A stretch of DNA of 64,000 nucleotides from Kofleriaceae bacterium (GTDB lineage: Bacteria; Myxococcota_A; Polyangia; Haliangiales; Haliangiaceae), in NCBI GenBank assembly GCA_965215005.1, contig CBDCCZ010000003.1, positions 256,001-320,000 on the forward strand, given 5' to 3'. The position numbers and the translations under genes were made by a program. Each line of letters begins with the position of its first letter. Within the stretch, counting starts at the first letter, position 1. Of the stretch, positions 32,699-43,249 are shown one piece after another. The notes beneath the pieces were generated by a model. It was not told where the DNA came from. It searched no databases and saw only the letters and a list, made by a program, of their open reading frames with translations.

Positions 32699-32950
32699 AG
32701 CAAGCGGCGAACCCGTCGTTTGCCGCTTGTGCAAAGCACGGACCGCGCGCAGCGCCAGAAGCCGCGCACGAGGGACCAGCGAGAGTCGGTCCAATTCGTA
32801 CCGGCAGAGGCGGTCTACTCACCCCAGCAGCGGGGTCTAATACGCCGATATTACAGAACAAACAGTTCCGGTAAGACCAGGCTACCGCGCTGCTTAGGCC
32901 ATCCCCGGATCACTCTGGACCGACGCTTGGCTGTCCTGCACACGCGCAGC

Positions 32951-33754
32951 TCAGGGCTGCCCGAAGCGCTCGCTGTTCGATAGACGTTGGAGGCGCGCCG
33001 TGAGTATCTCGACGCCGTCGTCGGTGACGAGCAACGTGTGCTCGAACTGCGCGGACCACGCGCCGTCGACAGTGACCGCCGTCCAGCCATCGTCGAGCAC
33101 CTGCACGTCAAAGCTGCCGAGGTTGAGCATGGGCTCGATGGTGAAAGTCATCCCGGCGGACAGTCGCTTGCCGGTGCCGCGCTTGCCCACGTGATGAATC
33201 GTGGGCGGCTCGTGAAAGATGCGCCCAATGCCATGCCCAGTGAAGTCGCGTACGACCGAACAGCCACGCTCCTCGGCCAGCTCATAGATGACGGCACCGA
33301 TATCTCCGAGGCGCGCGCCAGGCCGAACGACCTCGATCGCCCGCGCGAGCGCTTCGCGGCTGGCCTCGACGACCCGCCGAGCATCTTCACTGGGCTCGCC
33401 CACGTAAAACGTGGCCGAGGTATCGCCGTGGTAGCCCTCATAAATGTGGGTAACATCGACATTGATGATGTCGCCGTCGCGAAGCACCCGCGCCGACGGA
33501 ATCCCGTGGCACACCACTTCGTTGACCGAGGTGCACGTGCTCTTGGGAAACCCTCGATAGCCGAGCGGCGCGGGAATGCAGCCTTTGGCGAGAGTATCTT
33601 GGTGAACGAAGCGATTGATGTCTTCCGTGGTGATCCCGGGAGCTATCAGCGCGTCCACTGCGCACAAAGTCTCGGCAGCGAGCCGGCCGGCAGTCCGCAT
33701 GAGCTCGATTTCCTGCGGCGACTTGATGCGCGAGAATGTCTCGAGAAGATTCAT
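32951..33754 (-). CDS. map: Type I methionine aminopeptidase
   Basis: CTSVNEVVCHGIP, GDIINVD, GHGIG, FTIEPM and SAQFEHT motifs. Confidence 0.96.
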   Translation of the reverse strand: MNLLETFSRIKSPQEIELMRTAGRLAAETLCAVDALIAPGITTEDINRFVHQDTLAKGCIPAPLGYRGFPKSTCTSVNEVVCHGIPSARVLRDGDIINVDVTHIYEGYHGDTSATFYVGEPSEDARRVVEASREALARAIEVVRPGARLGDIGAVIYELAEERGCSVVRDFTGHGIGRIFHEPPTIHHVGKRGTGKRLSAGMTFTIEPMLNLGSFDVQVLDDGWTAVTVDGAWSAQFEHTLLVTDDGVEILTARLQRLSNSERFGQP

Positions 33755-33825
33755 ACAGCGACCGCTACCGTAGCGCTGGCTCGTCAACGCGGCAAATCGC
33801 GCAGCAGTGTTACCCTCGGCCCTCG

Positions 33826-35454
33826 ATGGAACTGCACGCCTTGTCGGCGACTGAGCTGCTCGCGGCGATGGATCGCGGTGAGCTCACCTCTGAAGCGATC
33901 GTCACCGCGCTCATCGCGCGCCGGCAGGCGATCGATCCAAGCGTCAACGCCTTTGTGCTTTCTCGGCCCGAGGCGCTCGAAGAAGCGCGCGCTGCTGACC
34001 GAGCGCGTCGCACCGGGCAGCCGCTCGGCCCGCTCCACGGCCTACCGATCACCATCAAAGACAACGTCGACGTCGCTGGCACCGACTCGACCTTGGGGCT
34101 GCGCGCTCGACGTGGACGAGCAGCGCAGCGCGATGCCGTGGTGGTTGCCGAGCTGCGCTCCACGGGCGCTATCATCCTCGGCAAGACCAACGTTCCCCAG
34201 CTGCTACTGGCGCAGGAAACCGAGAACGCGGTTTTCGGAGTCACCAACAATCCGTGGAATCTCGAGCGCGTTCCCGGCGGCTCGAGCGGCGGCGAAGCGG
34301 CGGCGATTGCGGCGGGAATGAGCCCGCTTGGCATCGGCACCGACATCGGTGGCTCGATTCGGATGCCGGCGCATTTTTGTGGCATCGCCGGCTTCAAGCC
34401 CACGGTCGATCGCTGGTCCAATCGCGGCTGTGCCACCGCCATCGCCGGCCAAGAGGTGGTGCGCGCGCAGATCGGCCCAATGGCGCGTTGCGTGGACGAT
34501 TTGCTGCTTGCGTGGCGCGCGGTCGACCCGCGGCGCATGCACCGCTGCGACCCACGCGTCGCTCCTCTGCCAGCGGGCGAGCCGGTAGACATCGACCTGC
34601 GCGGCCGCAAGATCGGGTTCGTTGCCGACGATGCGTTTCTGCAACCAGCGCCGGCCCTGCGGCGAGCCGTCGCAGAGGCCTGCGAGTATCTCGTCGCCGC
34701 CGGTGCCGAGCTCGTGCCGTACCAGCCGACTCCGAGCGACGAGATCGTCTTCTTATGGCTCGCCGCGCTTACCGGTGACAGCGGCGAGAGCATCGATTTG
34801 GCGCTCGCGGGCGAGGACATCAGCCCGCAGCTGCGCCCGATGCGGCTGCTGTTAAAAATGCCGGCGCTGGCGCGGCGTGCGGCGAGCGTGGTGATGCTCC
34901 GCCTCGGTCAAGAACGCCTCGCGCGCCTTCTCGAGGTCGTTGGCGAAAAGACTGTTGCTGAGCTATGGCGGCTCACGGCACGTCGCACCGAGCTGCGCGA
35001 GCGCGAGCTCGACAACTGGCGTCACGCCGGCCTCGATGCGGTGGTGTGTCCGCCGCACGTGACCGCTGCGTTGGGACATCGCCAATCAGGCGATCTGGCC
35101 GTGTCGCTCGCCGCGCAGTTTCGCTGGGCGCTGCTAGATTTTCCCGCGGGGGTGGTGCCGGTGACCCGGGTGCGCGCGGCGGAGGCCGGAGGTCCTGTAC
35201 GCACCAGCGGCGACCGCATCGAGCGCAAGCTCGACGCCATCGACGCGGCGAGCGCGGGCCTGCCGGTGGGCGTGCAGATCGTCGCGCGGCCGTTCGATGA
35301 CGAGCTCGCGCTGGCGGTCATGCGCGCCGTCGAGACCAGAGCACGCGCCGCGGGAGAGGCGCCGCGGACACCGGTTGATCCGCCGCCTCGGAGGTCACGG
35401 CAGGGCGGTTCCAGCGGCGCGGTGATTGCAAGGCGGCTGGACCATGCGCGCTGA
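33826..35454 (+). CDS. Amidase signature family protein (fatty-acid amide hydrolase-like)
   Basis: ITIKD, PGGSSGGE and GTDIGGSIR (Lys-Ser-Ser triad). Confidence 0.92.
   Translation: MELHALSATELLAAMDRGELTSEAIVTALIARRQAIDPSVNAFVLSRPEALEEARAADRARRTGQPLGPLHGLPITIKDNVDVAGTDSTLGLRARRGRAAQRDAVVVAELRSTGAIILGKTNVPQLLLAQETENAVFGVTNNPWNLERVPGGSSGGEAAAIAAGMSPLGIGTDIGGSIRMPAHFCGIAGFKPTVDRWSNRGCATAIAGQEVVRAQIGPMARCVDDLLLAWRAVDPRRMHRCDPRVAPLPAGEPVDIDLRGRKIGFVADDAFLQPAPALRRAVAEACEYLVAAGAELVPYQPTPSDEIVFLWLAALTGDSGESIDLALAGEDISPQLRPMRLLLKMPALARRAASVVMLRLGQERLARLLEVVGEKTVAELWRLTARRTELRERELDNWRHAGLDAVVCPPHVTAALGHRQSGDLAVSLAAQFRWALLDFPAGVVPVTRVRAAEAGGPVRTSGDRIERKLDAIDAASAGLPVGVQIVARPFDDELALAVMRAVETRARAAGEAPRTPVDPPPRRSRQGGSSGAVIARRLDHAR
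35415..35430 (+). promoter_or_regulatory. Putative sigma54 promoter of the cardiolipin synthase gene
   Basis: CGGCGCGGTGATTGCA with GG-N10-GC spacing, 15 nt before ATG 35444; lies inside the amidase 3' end. Confidence 0.45.
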
Positions 35455-36685
35455 ATCTAGCCAGCCGCAGGATGAGCACCGGGCACGCCGGTCGGAATCC
35501 ACGGTGGACGAACCCGTTCGTGAGGAGCGCTTGTCGCGCTGCGTGCATCTCCTCGAAACCCGCCTTGGCACGCCCTTCTTTCCCGGCAACCGCATCGACG
35601 TCCTCAAGAACGGCCGGCAAATTTTCCCAGCGATGCTGGAGGCGATGGAGCAAGCGCAGCGATCGATCGATCTGCTGACGTTCGTGTACTGGAAAGGTGA
35701 CATTGCGCGACGGTTCGCGTCGCTGCTGTCGCGCAAAGCGCAGGACGGCGTGCGCTGCCGCGTCCTCCTCGACGGTTACGGCGCGTTTCCCATGGACCAC
35801 GACCTGGCCCAGCAGATGGATAACAGCGGCGTCAAGCTCACTTGGTTTCGTCCAATGCGCGGCTGGTGGAAGTTTTGGCGAATCAATCACCGCACGCACC
35901 GCAAGGTGCTCATCTGCGATGATCGGATCGGCTTCACCGGAGGCGTCGGCATCGCCGAAGAGTGGGAAGGTGATGCCCGCACGGAGGGGCAGTGGCGCGA
36001 CACGCACTTTCGCATCCAAGGACCGGCGGTCGCCGGTCTGCACGGCGGCTTTCTCGGCAACTGGGCCGAGGCCGTCGAAGACGAAATGTATGACCCGGGC
36101 AGTGTCGATCCACCGGTGCTCGATCGTGCTGGCGCCGCACCGATTCAAGTCATTCGCGCCACCGCCGGCTACGGCTGGAGCGACATTGCCACGCTGCAGC
36201 GCACGCTCATCGAAATGGCGCAAGAGCGGCTGCGCATCCAGACGGCCTACTTCGTACCGGACCGCACGACGCTGCGCCTGCTTCGCGAAACCGTGCAGCG
36301 CGGCGTGGCGGTCGAGGTGCTCGTGCCGGGCCCGCATCACGACGAGAGGGTGTCAGACCTGGCGGGCGACGCTATCTACGAACCGCTCCTCGCCGACGGC
36401 ATCCGCATCTTCGAGTTTCAACCGTCGATGATGCACGCCAAGGTCATGACGGTGGACGGCCGACTCGCTTGCATCGGCTCCGCCAACTTCAACCAGCGCT
36501 CGATGAAGAAGGACGACGAGCTGTCGCTGGTCGTGGCCGACACCGCGCTCACCGCCACCCTCGATGAACACTTCGACGAAGACTTGACGCGGTGTCGCGA
36601 GCGAACACTAGAAGATCATCGGCGGCGCGGCCTGCAGCAGCGCATCGCCGAGTGGTTTGGTCGGCGCGCTCGCAATCACGTGTAG
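35444..36685 (+). CDS. Cardiolipin synthase-like phospholipase D family protein (ClsB-like, no N-terminal TM)
   Basis: Two HKD motifs, HRKVLICD and HAKVMTVD; WRDTH and GSANF. Confidence 0.92.
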   Translation: MRAESSQPQDEHRARRSESTVDEPVREERLSRCVHLLETRLGTPFFPGNRIDVLKNGRQIFPAMLEAMEQAQRSIDLLTFVYWKGDIARRFASLLSRKAQDGVRCRVLLDGYGAFPMDHDLAQQMDNSGVKLTWFRPMRGWWKFWRINHRTHRKVLICDDRIGFTGGVGIAEEWEGDARTEGQWRDTHFRIQGPAVAGLHGGFLGNWAEAVEDEMYDPGSVDPPVLDRAGAAPIQVIRATAGYGWSDIATLQRTLIEMAQERLRIQTAYFVPDRTTLRLLRETVQRGVAVEVLVPGPHHDERVSDLAGDAIYEPLLADGIRIFEFQPSMMHAKVMTVDGRLACIGSANFNQRSMKKDDELSLVVADTALTATLDEHFDEDLTRCRERTLEDHRRRGLQQRIAEWFGRRARNHV

Positions 36686-36732
36686 CCGCGCGAGCATCGA
36701 CCCGTCTCGCGCTCGATTGCACGCGCGGCGAT

Positions 36733-37233
36733 TTACGCGCCGTGGTTGCGATAGCGATCGCGAAGCTCGACCAAGAGCTGCCGCGAGTCGCCAGTGACGT
36801 GTTGGTTGGCGATTGCGCGATCGTAGGCGGCGCTGAGCGCGGCCATGTTCTCGGCCGCAGCACCTCGCACCGCCTCGTCGCCGTCGCGATACGCGAAGTC
36901 GGTCGCCTCGTAGGGCAGACTGCGCCCAGAGGAGTCGCTGGGAGGCGACGCGCCAAGCTCCGTCACGTGCTTGTTGAGGCGCGTGAGCGCCTGCTCGTGC
37001 CGCTGCCCCCAGAGTTTGGGATCGTCGTGCTCCCCACGCTCTTGAATGCGGCCCGCTGCCGCCACCGCCGCGGCTTGGGCTTCGTGCTCGAGCTCGACCA
37101 GGTGATTGAGCGCGGCGATGAGCTCGGGATCGGGCGCCGGACTGGGATGATCGTGCTCGTGCTGCGCGCGCTCGTAGCTGGGAGAACGACTAGAGACGAG
37201 CGGGTGATCATTGCCATCCTTGTTAGCAGCCAT
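36733..37233 (-). CDS. Ferritin-like (DUF2383-like) helical-bundle protein
   Basis: IAALNHLVELEHEA, RHEQALTRL..HVTELGASP and AYDRA pattern; start set by the sigma54 motif. Confidence 0.65.
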   Translation of the reverse strand: MAANKDGNDHPLVSSRSPSYERAQHEHDHPSPAPDPELIAALNHLVELEHEAQAAAVAAAGRIQERGEHDDPKLWGQRHEQALTRLNKHVTELGASPPSDSSGRSLPYEATDFAYRDGDEAVRGAAAENMAALSAAYDRAIANQHVTGDSRQLLVELRDRYRNHGA

Positions 37234-37245
37234 GCCGGCCGCTAT

Positions 37246-37261
37246 CGCAAGCGGTGTGCCA
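37246..37261 (-). promoter_or_regulatory. Sigma54 promoter
   Basis: TGGCACACCGCTTGCG, near-perfect TGGCAC-N5-TTGC consensus, 14 nt before ATG 37233. Confidence 0.7.
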
Positions 37262-37372
37262 TTGACGGCCGCCATAGCTCCGCTCGCGGCTGTCCCGTCA
37301 GCCGCCGATGAGGCGCCGCGCCCTCGGGATTGCAACGAGCCCGACGGTCCTGCCTCACCGAGGCAATGCGCC

Positions 37373-38785
37373 TCATCGCAGTCGGCGCAGAAGTCGAGCG
37401 CGCCGATCCGTGGCTTCCGCAAGCGCCTCGCGATATGCGCCATCACCGATGATGCTGGCGTGAAATCGACCGCGCTCGCCGATCCAGCGCCCCGCCACCA
37501 AGAGCCCATCGATGGCCGGCGCAATGGAGGCATATGCCAACGCACGCAGCGGATCCGCCAGCGGCCATACCGCTGGGTGCGCTGGGTCGAGCACCAGCAG
37601 GTTGGCAAGTGCGCCAGAGGCGAGCTCGCCAGCGGGGCATCGCGGATGCAGACGGCCCGGCACGCTCCAAACCCGCGACAGCAGAAACGCCGGCTCCGCC
37701 AGCTCGGCGCGGCCGTCGATGCATTCGATTCGCGCGTCCTCGAGCTGCGCCGCACTGCGCGCGCTGCCAGTGATGCGCAGCGCCGCCGCAGCCGACGAGA
37801 AACTTGTCGGAAGCGTGCGCAGGCCGGCGCAGAATCGCAGCTCTTTTTGCACGTCCATCGAGTCGTTGGACGCAGCGCAGTCGCTCGCCACGAGCCACGG
37901 CACCCCCGCAGCCGTCCATGATCCTGCATCGGCAGCAAAGCCGAACTGGAGCTGCGAGAACGGGCAATAGCCGAGCACGTGACGCGCCGGATCGAGCAGC
38001 GCGAGATCGGCAGCGCTGGTGAAGAGAGCGTGCACGAGCAGCGCCTGCCCCTGGTCGAGCACGCCGAGTCGGTGAAGGCGCGCCAGCGGCGAGCAGCCAA
38101 AGCGTTCGGTGCTGCGGCGATATTCGCCCCATGATTGCGCCAGGTGCGCGTGCACGGGCAGCTCGTGGGCGTGCGCCAGAGCTACCGCGTGCTCCCACAG
38201 CGCATCGCTTACGGTATCGGTGGCGTGGGGTCCGAGCGCCGCGCTGACGCCGCGCTCCGCGAACGTGTCATCGCCGGCGAGGTCAACGGTGTCGGCGAGC
38301 GCGCGTTCCCAGCTGCCGGCGCCGGGGCCGGCGCCATCTTGCAGAGTGGGAGCAACGACGCCGGCGAGGCCAACATCGGCGAGACCATCAGCAACGGCGC
38401 GACCGCTGTAATAGTGATCCCACACGCAGCCCACACCGCTGAGCACGCTCTCGTAGGCGCCGAGCCGGGTGAACGCACGAATGTCGGCTGGCGTGAGCTC
38501 GGATTCGAGAGCGAAGTACACGTCTTCGATAACGTTGCCGCGGACCGCCGCAGCGCCTTCGATGCCGCGCAAAGCCGACATCGCCAGATGGGTGTGGCCG
38601 TTGATGAAGGCCGGCGCGATGAGCCGTCCCCGCAGGTCGAAATCCGCGGGTGGTCCGTCGACGGGGGGCGGCTCGATGACGCTCGAGATGCGACTGCCGG
38701 CGATGCTTAGCCGTGCCGCCGATACCCGCAGAGTCGCACCAGCGCCGAGCACCACCGCATCGGACTCGATGGACAGCTCGGTCAC
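37373..38785 (-). CDS. Amidohydrolase family protein (MTA/SAH deaminase-like)
   Basis: PAFINGHTH, GPHA, VHAHLAQ, LVH and ASD metal-binding motifs. Confidence 0.88.
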   Translation of the reverse strand: MTELSIESDAVVLGAGATLRVSAARLSIAGSRISSVIEPPPVDGPPADFDLRGRLIAPAFINGHTHLAMSALRGIEGAAAVRGNVIEDVYFALESELTPADIRAFTRLGAYESVLSGVGCVWDHYYSGRAVADGLADVGLAGVVAPTLQDGAGPGAGSWERALADTVDLAGDDTFAERGVSAALGPHATDTVSDALWEHAVALAHAHELPVHAHLAQSWGEYRRSTERFGCSPLARLHRLGVLDQGQALLVHALFTSAADLALLDPARHVLGYCPFSQLQFGFAADAGSWTAAGVPWLVASDCAASNDSMDVQKELRFCAGLRTLPTSFSSAAAALRITGSARSAAQLEDARIECIDGRAELAEPAFLLSRVWSVPGRLHPRCPAGELASGALANLLVLDPAHPAVWPLADPLRALAYASIAPAIDGLLVAGRWIGERGRFHASIIGDGAYREALAEATDRRARLLRRLR

Positions 38786-38950
38786 GGCGCAGCGGGTCCA
38801 AGAGCAAGAAAAGACGCTGGCGGAGCCATGGCCGAACGTATCACGGCGACTGGAAATCAGGCCGCCGCCACTAGCATCGAGCAGTTGGTGCAGCGCTGTG
38901 GCACCGACGGCGCGAAGCTCCGGCGATGCTCATGCATCACACGCGAGTTA

Positions 38951-39027
38951 GAAGGCGCGCAGGAGGCAACGCCGCCAGCACGGATGCACAGTCGCCTAGA
39001 ACGGACCATTCATTTCGGAGCGCCGAC
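38951..39027. mobile_element. Internally deleted copy (77 bp) of the palindromic MITE-like element
   Basis: 38966-39027 matches the reverse complement of 8499-8560 with 3 differences; 38953-38964 matches the other end; TTA duplication at 38948-38950 and 39028-39030. Confidence 0.75.
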
Positions 39028-40506
39028 TTAGTCGCGGTCGGTCTGGCGAAAGTCATGCACCTCGATGCCAAAGCGGCGACACCAACGACGGATCTGCACC
39101 GGCGCTTTTTCGAAGCTGCGCGCCACCGCAGAGACGTTGCCGTCGTGCTCCTCGAGCCGCGCGATGAGCACAGTCCGAAGCGCTCGCTCGGTTTCCGTCA
39201 TGCGTTTCCCAGCGTCTCGCGCGGACGCGCGCATGGTCGCAGGCAAGTGCTCGGAGCGCACCCGGCCAGTTTCTGCAAGCGCTAGCGCCGCGTGCAACGC
39301 CTGGTCGAGCTCGCGAATATTGAGCGGGTAGTCGTAGCTCATCACCAAGCGCGCCGCGGCGACCGAGAGCCGTGGCGTGACGCCCGCGCCGTGCCGACGC
39401 AAGCTAACGGCGGCGAGCTGGCCAAGGTCTTCGCGGCGGGCGCGCAGCGGCGGCAGCTCCAGCTGATGGCCCCGTAGCCGCGCGAACAAGTCGGGTCGAA
39501 ACAGCCCCTTCTCCATCTGCGCCGTGAGATCCGCGTGCGTCGCCGCGATCACCCGCGCATTGACCGGGACGCTTTCGAGCCCCCCCACCGGCCGCACCTC
39601 GCGCTCCTGGAGCACGCGCAGTAGCTTTACTTGCGCCGTAGCCGGCATCTCCGCAACCTCGTCGAGGAACAGCGTTCCGCCATCGGCGCTGCGCACCAGG
39701 CCCTCGCGATCTTCGGCAGCACCAGAGAACGCACCGCGGCGATAGCCAAACAGCTCGCTCTCGATGAGCGTGCCCGGCAACGCGCCGCAGTTGACCGCTA
39801 CGAAGCGACCCGCACGACCCGAGAGGGCGTGAATCGCCTTGGCCACGAGCTCCTTGCCGGTGCCCGTCTCGCCACTCACGAGCACCGCCAGATCGGTGCC
39901 GGCAATGCGCCGCAGTTGGGCGAACGCGGCGGCCAAGTCGGGATTGTAGGTCGACAGCGGCTGGCCCAGCGGCTCGTCGTCCCGCGCAAACGCGCCGAGC
40001 ACCGGTGCCACAGGCGGCGCCGGACAACCCGCGCGCGCGCCTCGAAAGACGAAGAAGACGCCGCCCGCTTCGATGAGCATGCCATCAGCAACCGCTGCCG
40101 TCGTCACCGAGGTTCCATCTACGAAGGTTCCGTTCTTCGACTGCAGGTCGCTGAGCAACCACTTCTCACCCAACGCTTGCAAGCGCAGGTGGTGCCGCGA
40201 CATGCGCTGATCGCAGACGTTCCACCGCAGTTGCGGGCCGCCCGCGCCACGACCGATGACCTCGATGCCGGGCGTGGACCCGCGGCCGATGATGAGCTCC
40301 TCGATACCGTCGAGCTCTAGCATCTCACCGCCGCGCAGCGGCCAATCGGCCTCTAGCGCCAAGACCAAACGCGGCGGCGTGAAGTCGGCAGCCGGCAGCT
40401 CGTCGTGCTCACTGAGCGACAGCGTCTGCGATGCATCGGAGCTCGCCGCCGATGCAAGCTGGTTTCCTGACCCTGTCGCGGCGTGTCGGTGTGCTGCCAC
40501 TGTCAT
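39028..40506 (-). CDS. FHA-domain sigma54-dependent transcriptional activator
   Basis: MSRHH...[28 protein letters not shown] and HTH. Confidence 0.92.
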   Translation of the reverse strand: MTVAAHRHAATGSGNQLASAASSDASQTLSLSEHDELPAADFTPPRLVLALEADWPLRGGEMLELDGIEELIIGRGSTPGIEVIGRGAGGPQLRWNVCDQRMSRHHLRLQALGEKWLLSDLQSKNGTFVDGTSVTTAAVADGMLIEAGGVFFVFRGARAGCPAPPVAPVLGAFARDDEPLGQPLSTYNPDLAAAFAQLRRIAGTDLAVLVSGETGTGKELVAKAIHALSGRAGRFVAVNCGALPGTLIESELFGYRRGAFSGAAEDREGLVRSADGGTLFLDEVAEMPATAQVKLLRVLQEREVRPVGGLESVPVNARVIAATHADLTAQMEKGLFRPDLFARLRGHQLELPPLRARREDLGQLAAVSLRRHGAGVTPRLSVAAARLVMSYDYPLNIRELDQALHAALALAETGRVRSEHLPATMRASARDAGKRMTETERALRTVLIARLEEHDGNVSAVARSFEKAPVQIRRWCRRFGIEVHDFRQTDRD

Positions 40507-40587
40507 ACCCCTTTCACCGGGGAGGTATCGGCGCGGGCGCTCGGCGGTTGCCTACGCTTTGCGCCTTCCTCTCGGTACAGTCAGCGC

Positions 40588-41451
40588 ATGCGCACCCTCA
40601 CCTCCGTGCTCGGCAACTCGCAGCGCCTCGATGGCGGCGCCATGTTCGGCAACGCTCCGCGCGCGCTGTGGTCTCGCTGGATCGAGCCCGACGAGCAAAA
40701 CCGCATCCCCCTCGCCTGCCGTTGCTTGCTCGTCCGCGAGCCCGGCCGCGTCATTTTATTCGAGACCGGAATTGGCGCATTCTTCGCGCCCAAGCTCAAA
40801 GATCGCTTTGGCGTAGTGGAAGATCGCCACGTCCTTCTCGACTCGCTAGCCGCGGTCGGAATTGAGCCCGCCGACATCGCCGTCATCGTCCTGTCGCACC
40901 TGCACTTCGATCACGCCGGTGGGTTATTGACTGCATGGCAGCCGGAGCGTGAGGCCGAGCTCGCGTTTCCCGCGGCGCGCTACGTGGTGGGCAGGCGCGC
41001 GTGGCAGCGAGCCGCAGCGCCGCACTCGCGCGATCGCGCTTCGTTCATCCCCTCACTCATCGAGCTGCTCGATGCCACCGGCCGCGTCGAGCTCATCGAC
41101 GGTGAGCACTCGCAGACCCTCGGGCAGGGCTATCGCTTTCACGTCAGCGACGGTCACACGCCGGGGCTCCTGCTCGGAGAAATCACCACGAACGGCGGCC
41201 CGGTGTTGTTTGCCGCGGACTTGATCCCAGGTACTCCGTGGGTGCACCTGCCGATCACCATGGGCTACGATCGCTATCCAGAGCAGCTGATCGATGAGAA
41301 GGAAGCGCTGCTAACAGACCTGGTCGCGCGCGGCGGCCGCTTGTTCTACACCCACGACCCCCGGCATGCCATGTCGTCGATCGGCCGCGACGACCGCGGC
41401 CGTTTCGTCGCTGTCGAGCCACAGTCGGAGCTATGCGCCTGGACTGGCTAG
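40588..41451 (+). CDS. MBL-fold metallo-hydrolase
   Basis: [23 protein letters not shown] and MGYD motifs. Confidence 0.92.
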   Translation: MRTLTSVLGNSQRLDGGAMFGNAPRALWSRWIEPDEQNRIPLACRCLLVREPGRVILFETGIGAFFAPKLKDRFGVVEDRHVLLDSLAAVGIEPADIAVIVLSHLHFDHAGGLLTAWQPEREAELAFPAARYVVGRRAWQRAAAPHSRDRASFIPSLIELLDATGRVELIDGEHSQTLGQGYRFHVSDGHTPGLLLGEITTNGGPVLFAADLIPGTPWVHLPITMGYDRYPEQLIDEKEALLTDLVARGGRLFYTHDPRHAMSSIGRDDRGRFVAVEPQSELCAWTG

Positions 41452-41512
41452 CGGTCGGCAACCCCAGCGATGGTAGCTGCGCCTCGACGCAGTCGCGTTC
41501 ATACTTATCGCC

Positions 41513-42010
41513 ATGATGGAGAAGACACCTCGGCTCGCCCACCTGCGCAACGCGTTGCTTGCGTGTTTGCTGCTGAGCATCGCCGCCGCGCCGTCCATGG
41601 CTGAGACCAACGCTGACAGCGAGGGCAGTCGCAAGGTCGCCGACCTCACCGTCGTCATCCACGGCGCCAAGAGCGATCGCGGGCATATGCGCTGCATCTT
41701 GTTTCGCGGCAAGGACGGCTTTCCGGACGACTACAAGCGCGCGGCCGGCCTCGCAATGAGCGATATTCGCAAGGGTGAGGCGACCTGCACCTTTGACAAC
41801 GCGCCCGCCGGAGTCTACGCGGTCGCTGTGTTGCATGACGCCAACGACAACAAAAAGCTCGACACCAACTGGGTCGGCAAGCCGAAAGAGTCCGTCGGCA
41901 TGTCGCGCAATGCCAAGCCCGGCATGATGTCGCCACCGAAGTATGAGGACGCGCGGTTCCGGCTACCCGCTCGGCCTTCGAAGATCGAGATCACGCTGCA
42001 GCACTTCTAA
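41513..42010 (+). CDS. DUF2141 family secreted protein
   Basis: Signal peptide; YAVAVLHDANDNKKLDTNWVGKPKE..GMS pattern. Confidence 0.85.
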   Translation: MMEKTPRLAHLRNALLACLLLSIAAAPSMAETNADSEGSRKVADLTVVIHGAKSDRGHMRCILFRGKDGFPDDYKRAAGLAMSDIRKGEATCTFDNAPAGVYAVAVLHDANDNKKLDTNWVGKPKESVGMSRNAKPGMMSPPKYEDARFRLPARPSKIEITLQHF

Positions 42011-42118
42011 GCACCTCCAGGCGCCGGCACCAGCTCGCAGTCGCCTCGCCGACGCGGCGGTTCTCATTTCCACCCGTGACATCGCCGGCGGCGACGCCGT
42101 AGAGTCCGCGCCGCTGCC

Positions 42119-42913
42119 ATGCGCCTCATCGATCATCTAAAACAGGACCTCGGGTTGTCGAATCGACAAGCCCAGGCGGCCCTCCGTTCCGGGAAGGTGC
42201 GTCTTCGAGGTGTGCCCACTGCCGACGCGGCACGCGAAATCGAGCCCGCGGAGGTTCATTACGAACCAACGGCGCCACGAATTCTGGTGGGTAGCGATCC
42301 GGCGGTGGTGTTTGCGGATGCCCACCTCGCCGTAATTTGGAAGCCAGCGGGCCTGCTATCGGTGCCTGCGCCACGTCGCGGCGGTGAGCCCGATCTCGTT
42401 GGGCGCCTGCGCCGCGTCCTCGGCCAAACGCTACCGGTGCATCGACTGGACGAGGAGACGTCAGGACTGATGCTGGTTGCGCGCACCCCCGAGGCGCAAG
42501 GTGCAATCAAAGAGTTGCTGTTTCGTCACCAGCTCGAGCGTCGTTACCTGGCACTTGCGATGGGACGCTTGGCGCGTGAGCCGGTGACGGTACGAGCGCC
42601 AATCGAGAACAAACCAGCAACGACGCATCTGCGACTCATCGAGCCACTCGGCTCCGCCGCTTCGCTCGTAGAAGCCAGCTTGGAAACCGGACGTACGCAC
42701 CAAATCCGCATTCATCTAGCAAGCATTCGCCATCCCATCATTGGCGATACTCGCTACGGCGCTCGTGCGGCATTTTCTCGCATCGCACTTCATGCAGCGG
42801 TGCTCGGCTTTCGACATCCGGTAACAGGCGCTGACATGCGTTTCGAAGCGCCGCTCGCCGACGATCTCGAACAGCTTCGACGAAACCTGTTGGGACAACG
42901 CCGCCGCAGTTAG
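42119..42913 (+). CDS. RluA-family pseudouridine synthase
   Basis: KPAGL, VHRLDEETSG, TGRTHQIR, HPIIGD and LHA motifs. Confidence 0.93.
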   Translation: MRLIDHLKQDLGLSNRQAQAALRSGKVRLRGVPTADAAREIEPAEVHYEPTAPRILVGSDPAVVFADAHLAVIWKPAGLLSVPAPRRGGEPDLVGRLRRVLGQTLPVHRLDEETSGLMLVARTPEAQGAIKELLFRHQLERRYLALAMGRLAREPVTVRAPIENKPATTHLRLIEPLGSAASLVEASLETGRTHQIRIHLASIRHPIIGDTRYGARAAFSRIALHAAVLGFRHPVTGADMRFEAPLADDLEQLRRNLLGQRRRS

Positions 42914-42951
42914 AGCTGTTCTTGCGTGCGAAAGGTGCATGTGAGAGCTCT
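42912..42951 (+). terminator. Stem-loop directly after the RluA-family gene
   Basis: AGAGCT...GCGTGC-GAAAGGT-GCATGT...AGCTCT pairs with G-U wobbles; no U-tract. Confidence 0.3.
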
Positions 42952-43249
42952 CGAGTCGTCCCCCCGAAACCTGCGACGCCAACATCGCTATCGATGGCAG
43001 CAACTGACAACGAGTGGTCAGTGCGCACTCATCATCCGGCAAAAAAATTGTAGGAGTAGCTGAGCCGGTCTGCGAGAGTGCGTGCACTGCAAGTACCGTA
43101 GGCGTGTACTGCGTCCATTTCCGTGCTCATGGCTCCGATACGTACTCAAGCCGCATTCGCGCGCGTTTGGGGAACGGCGCGCTGAGCTTCACGCAATCAT
43201 CGCATCGTCATTGTAGGGCAGCAACGGCGGCGCGAGCTCGGGGGAGAGT

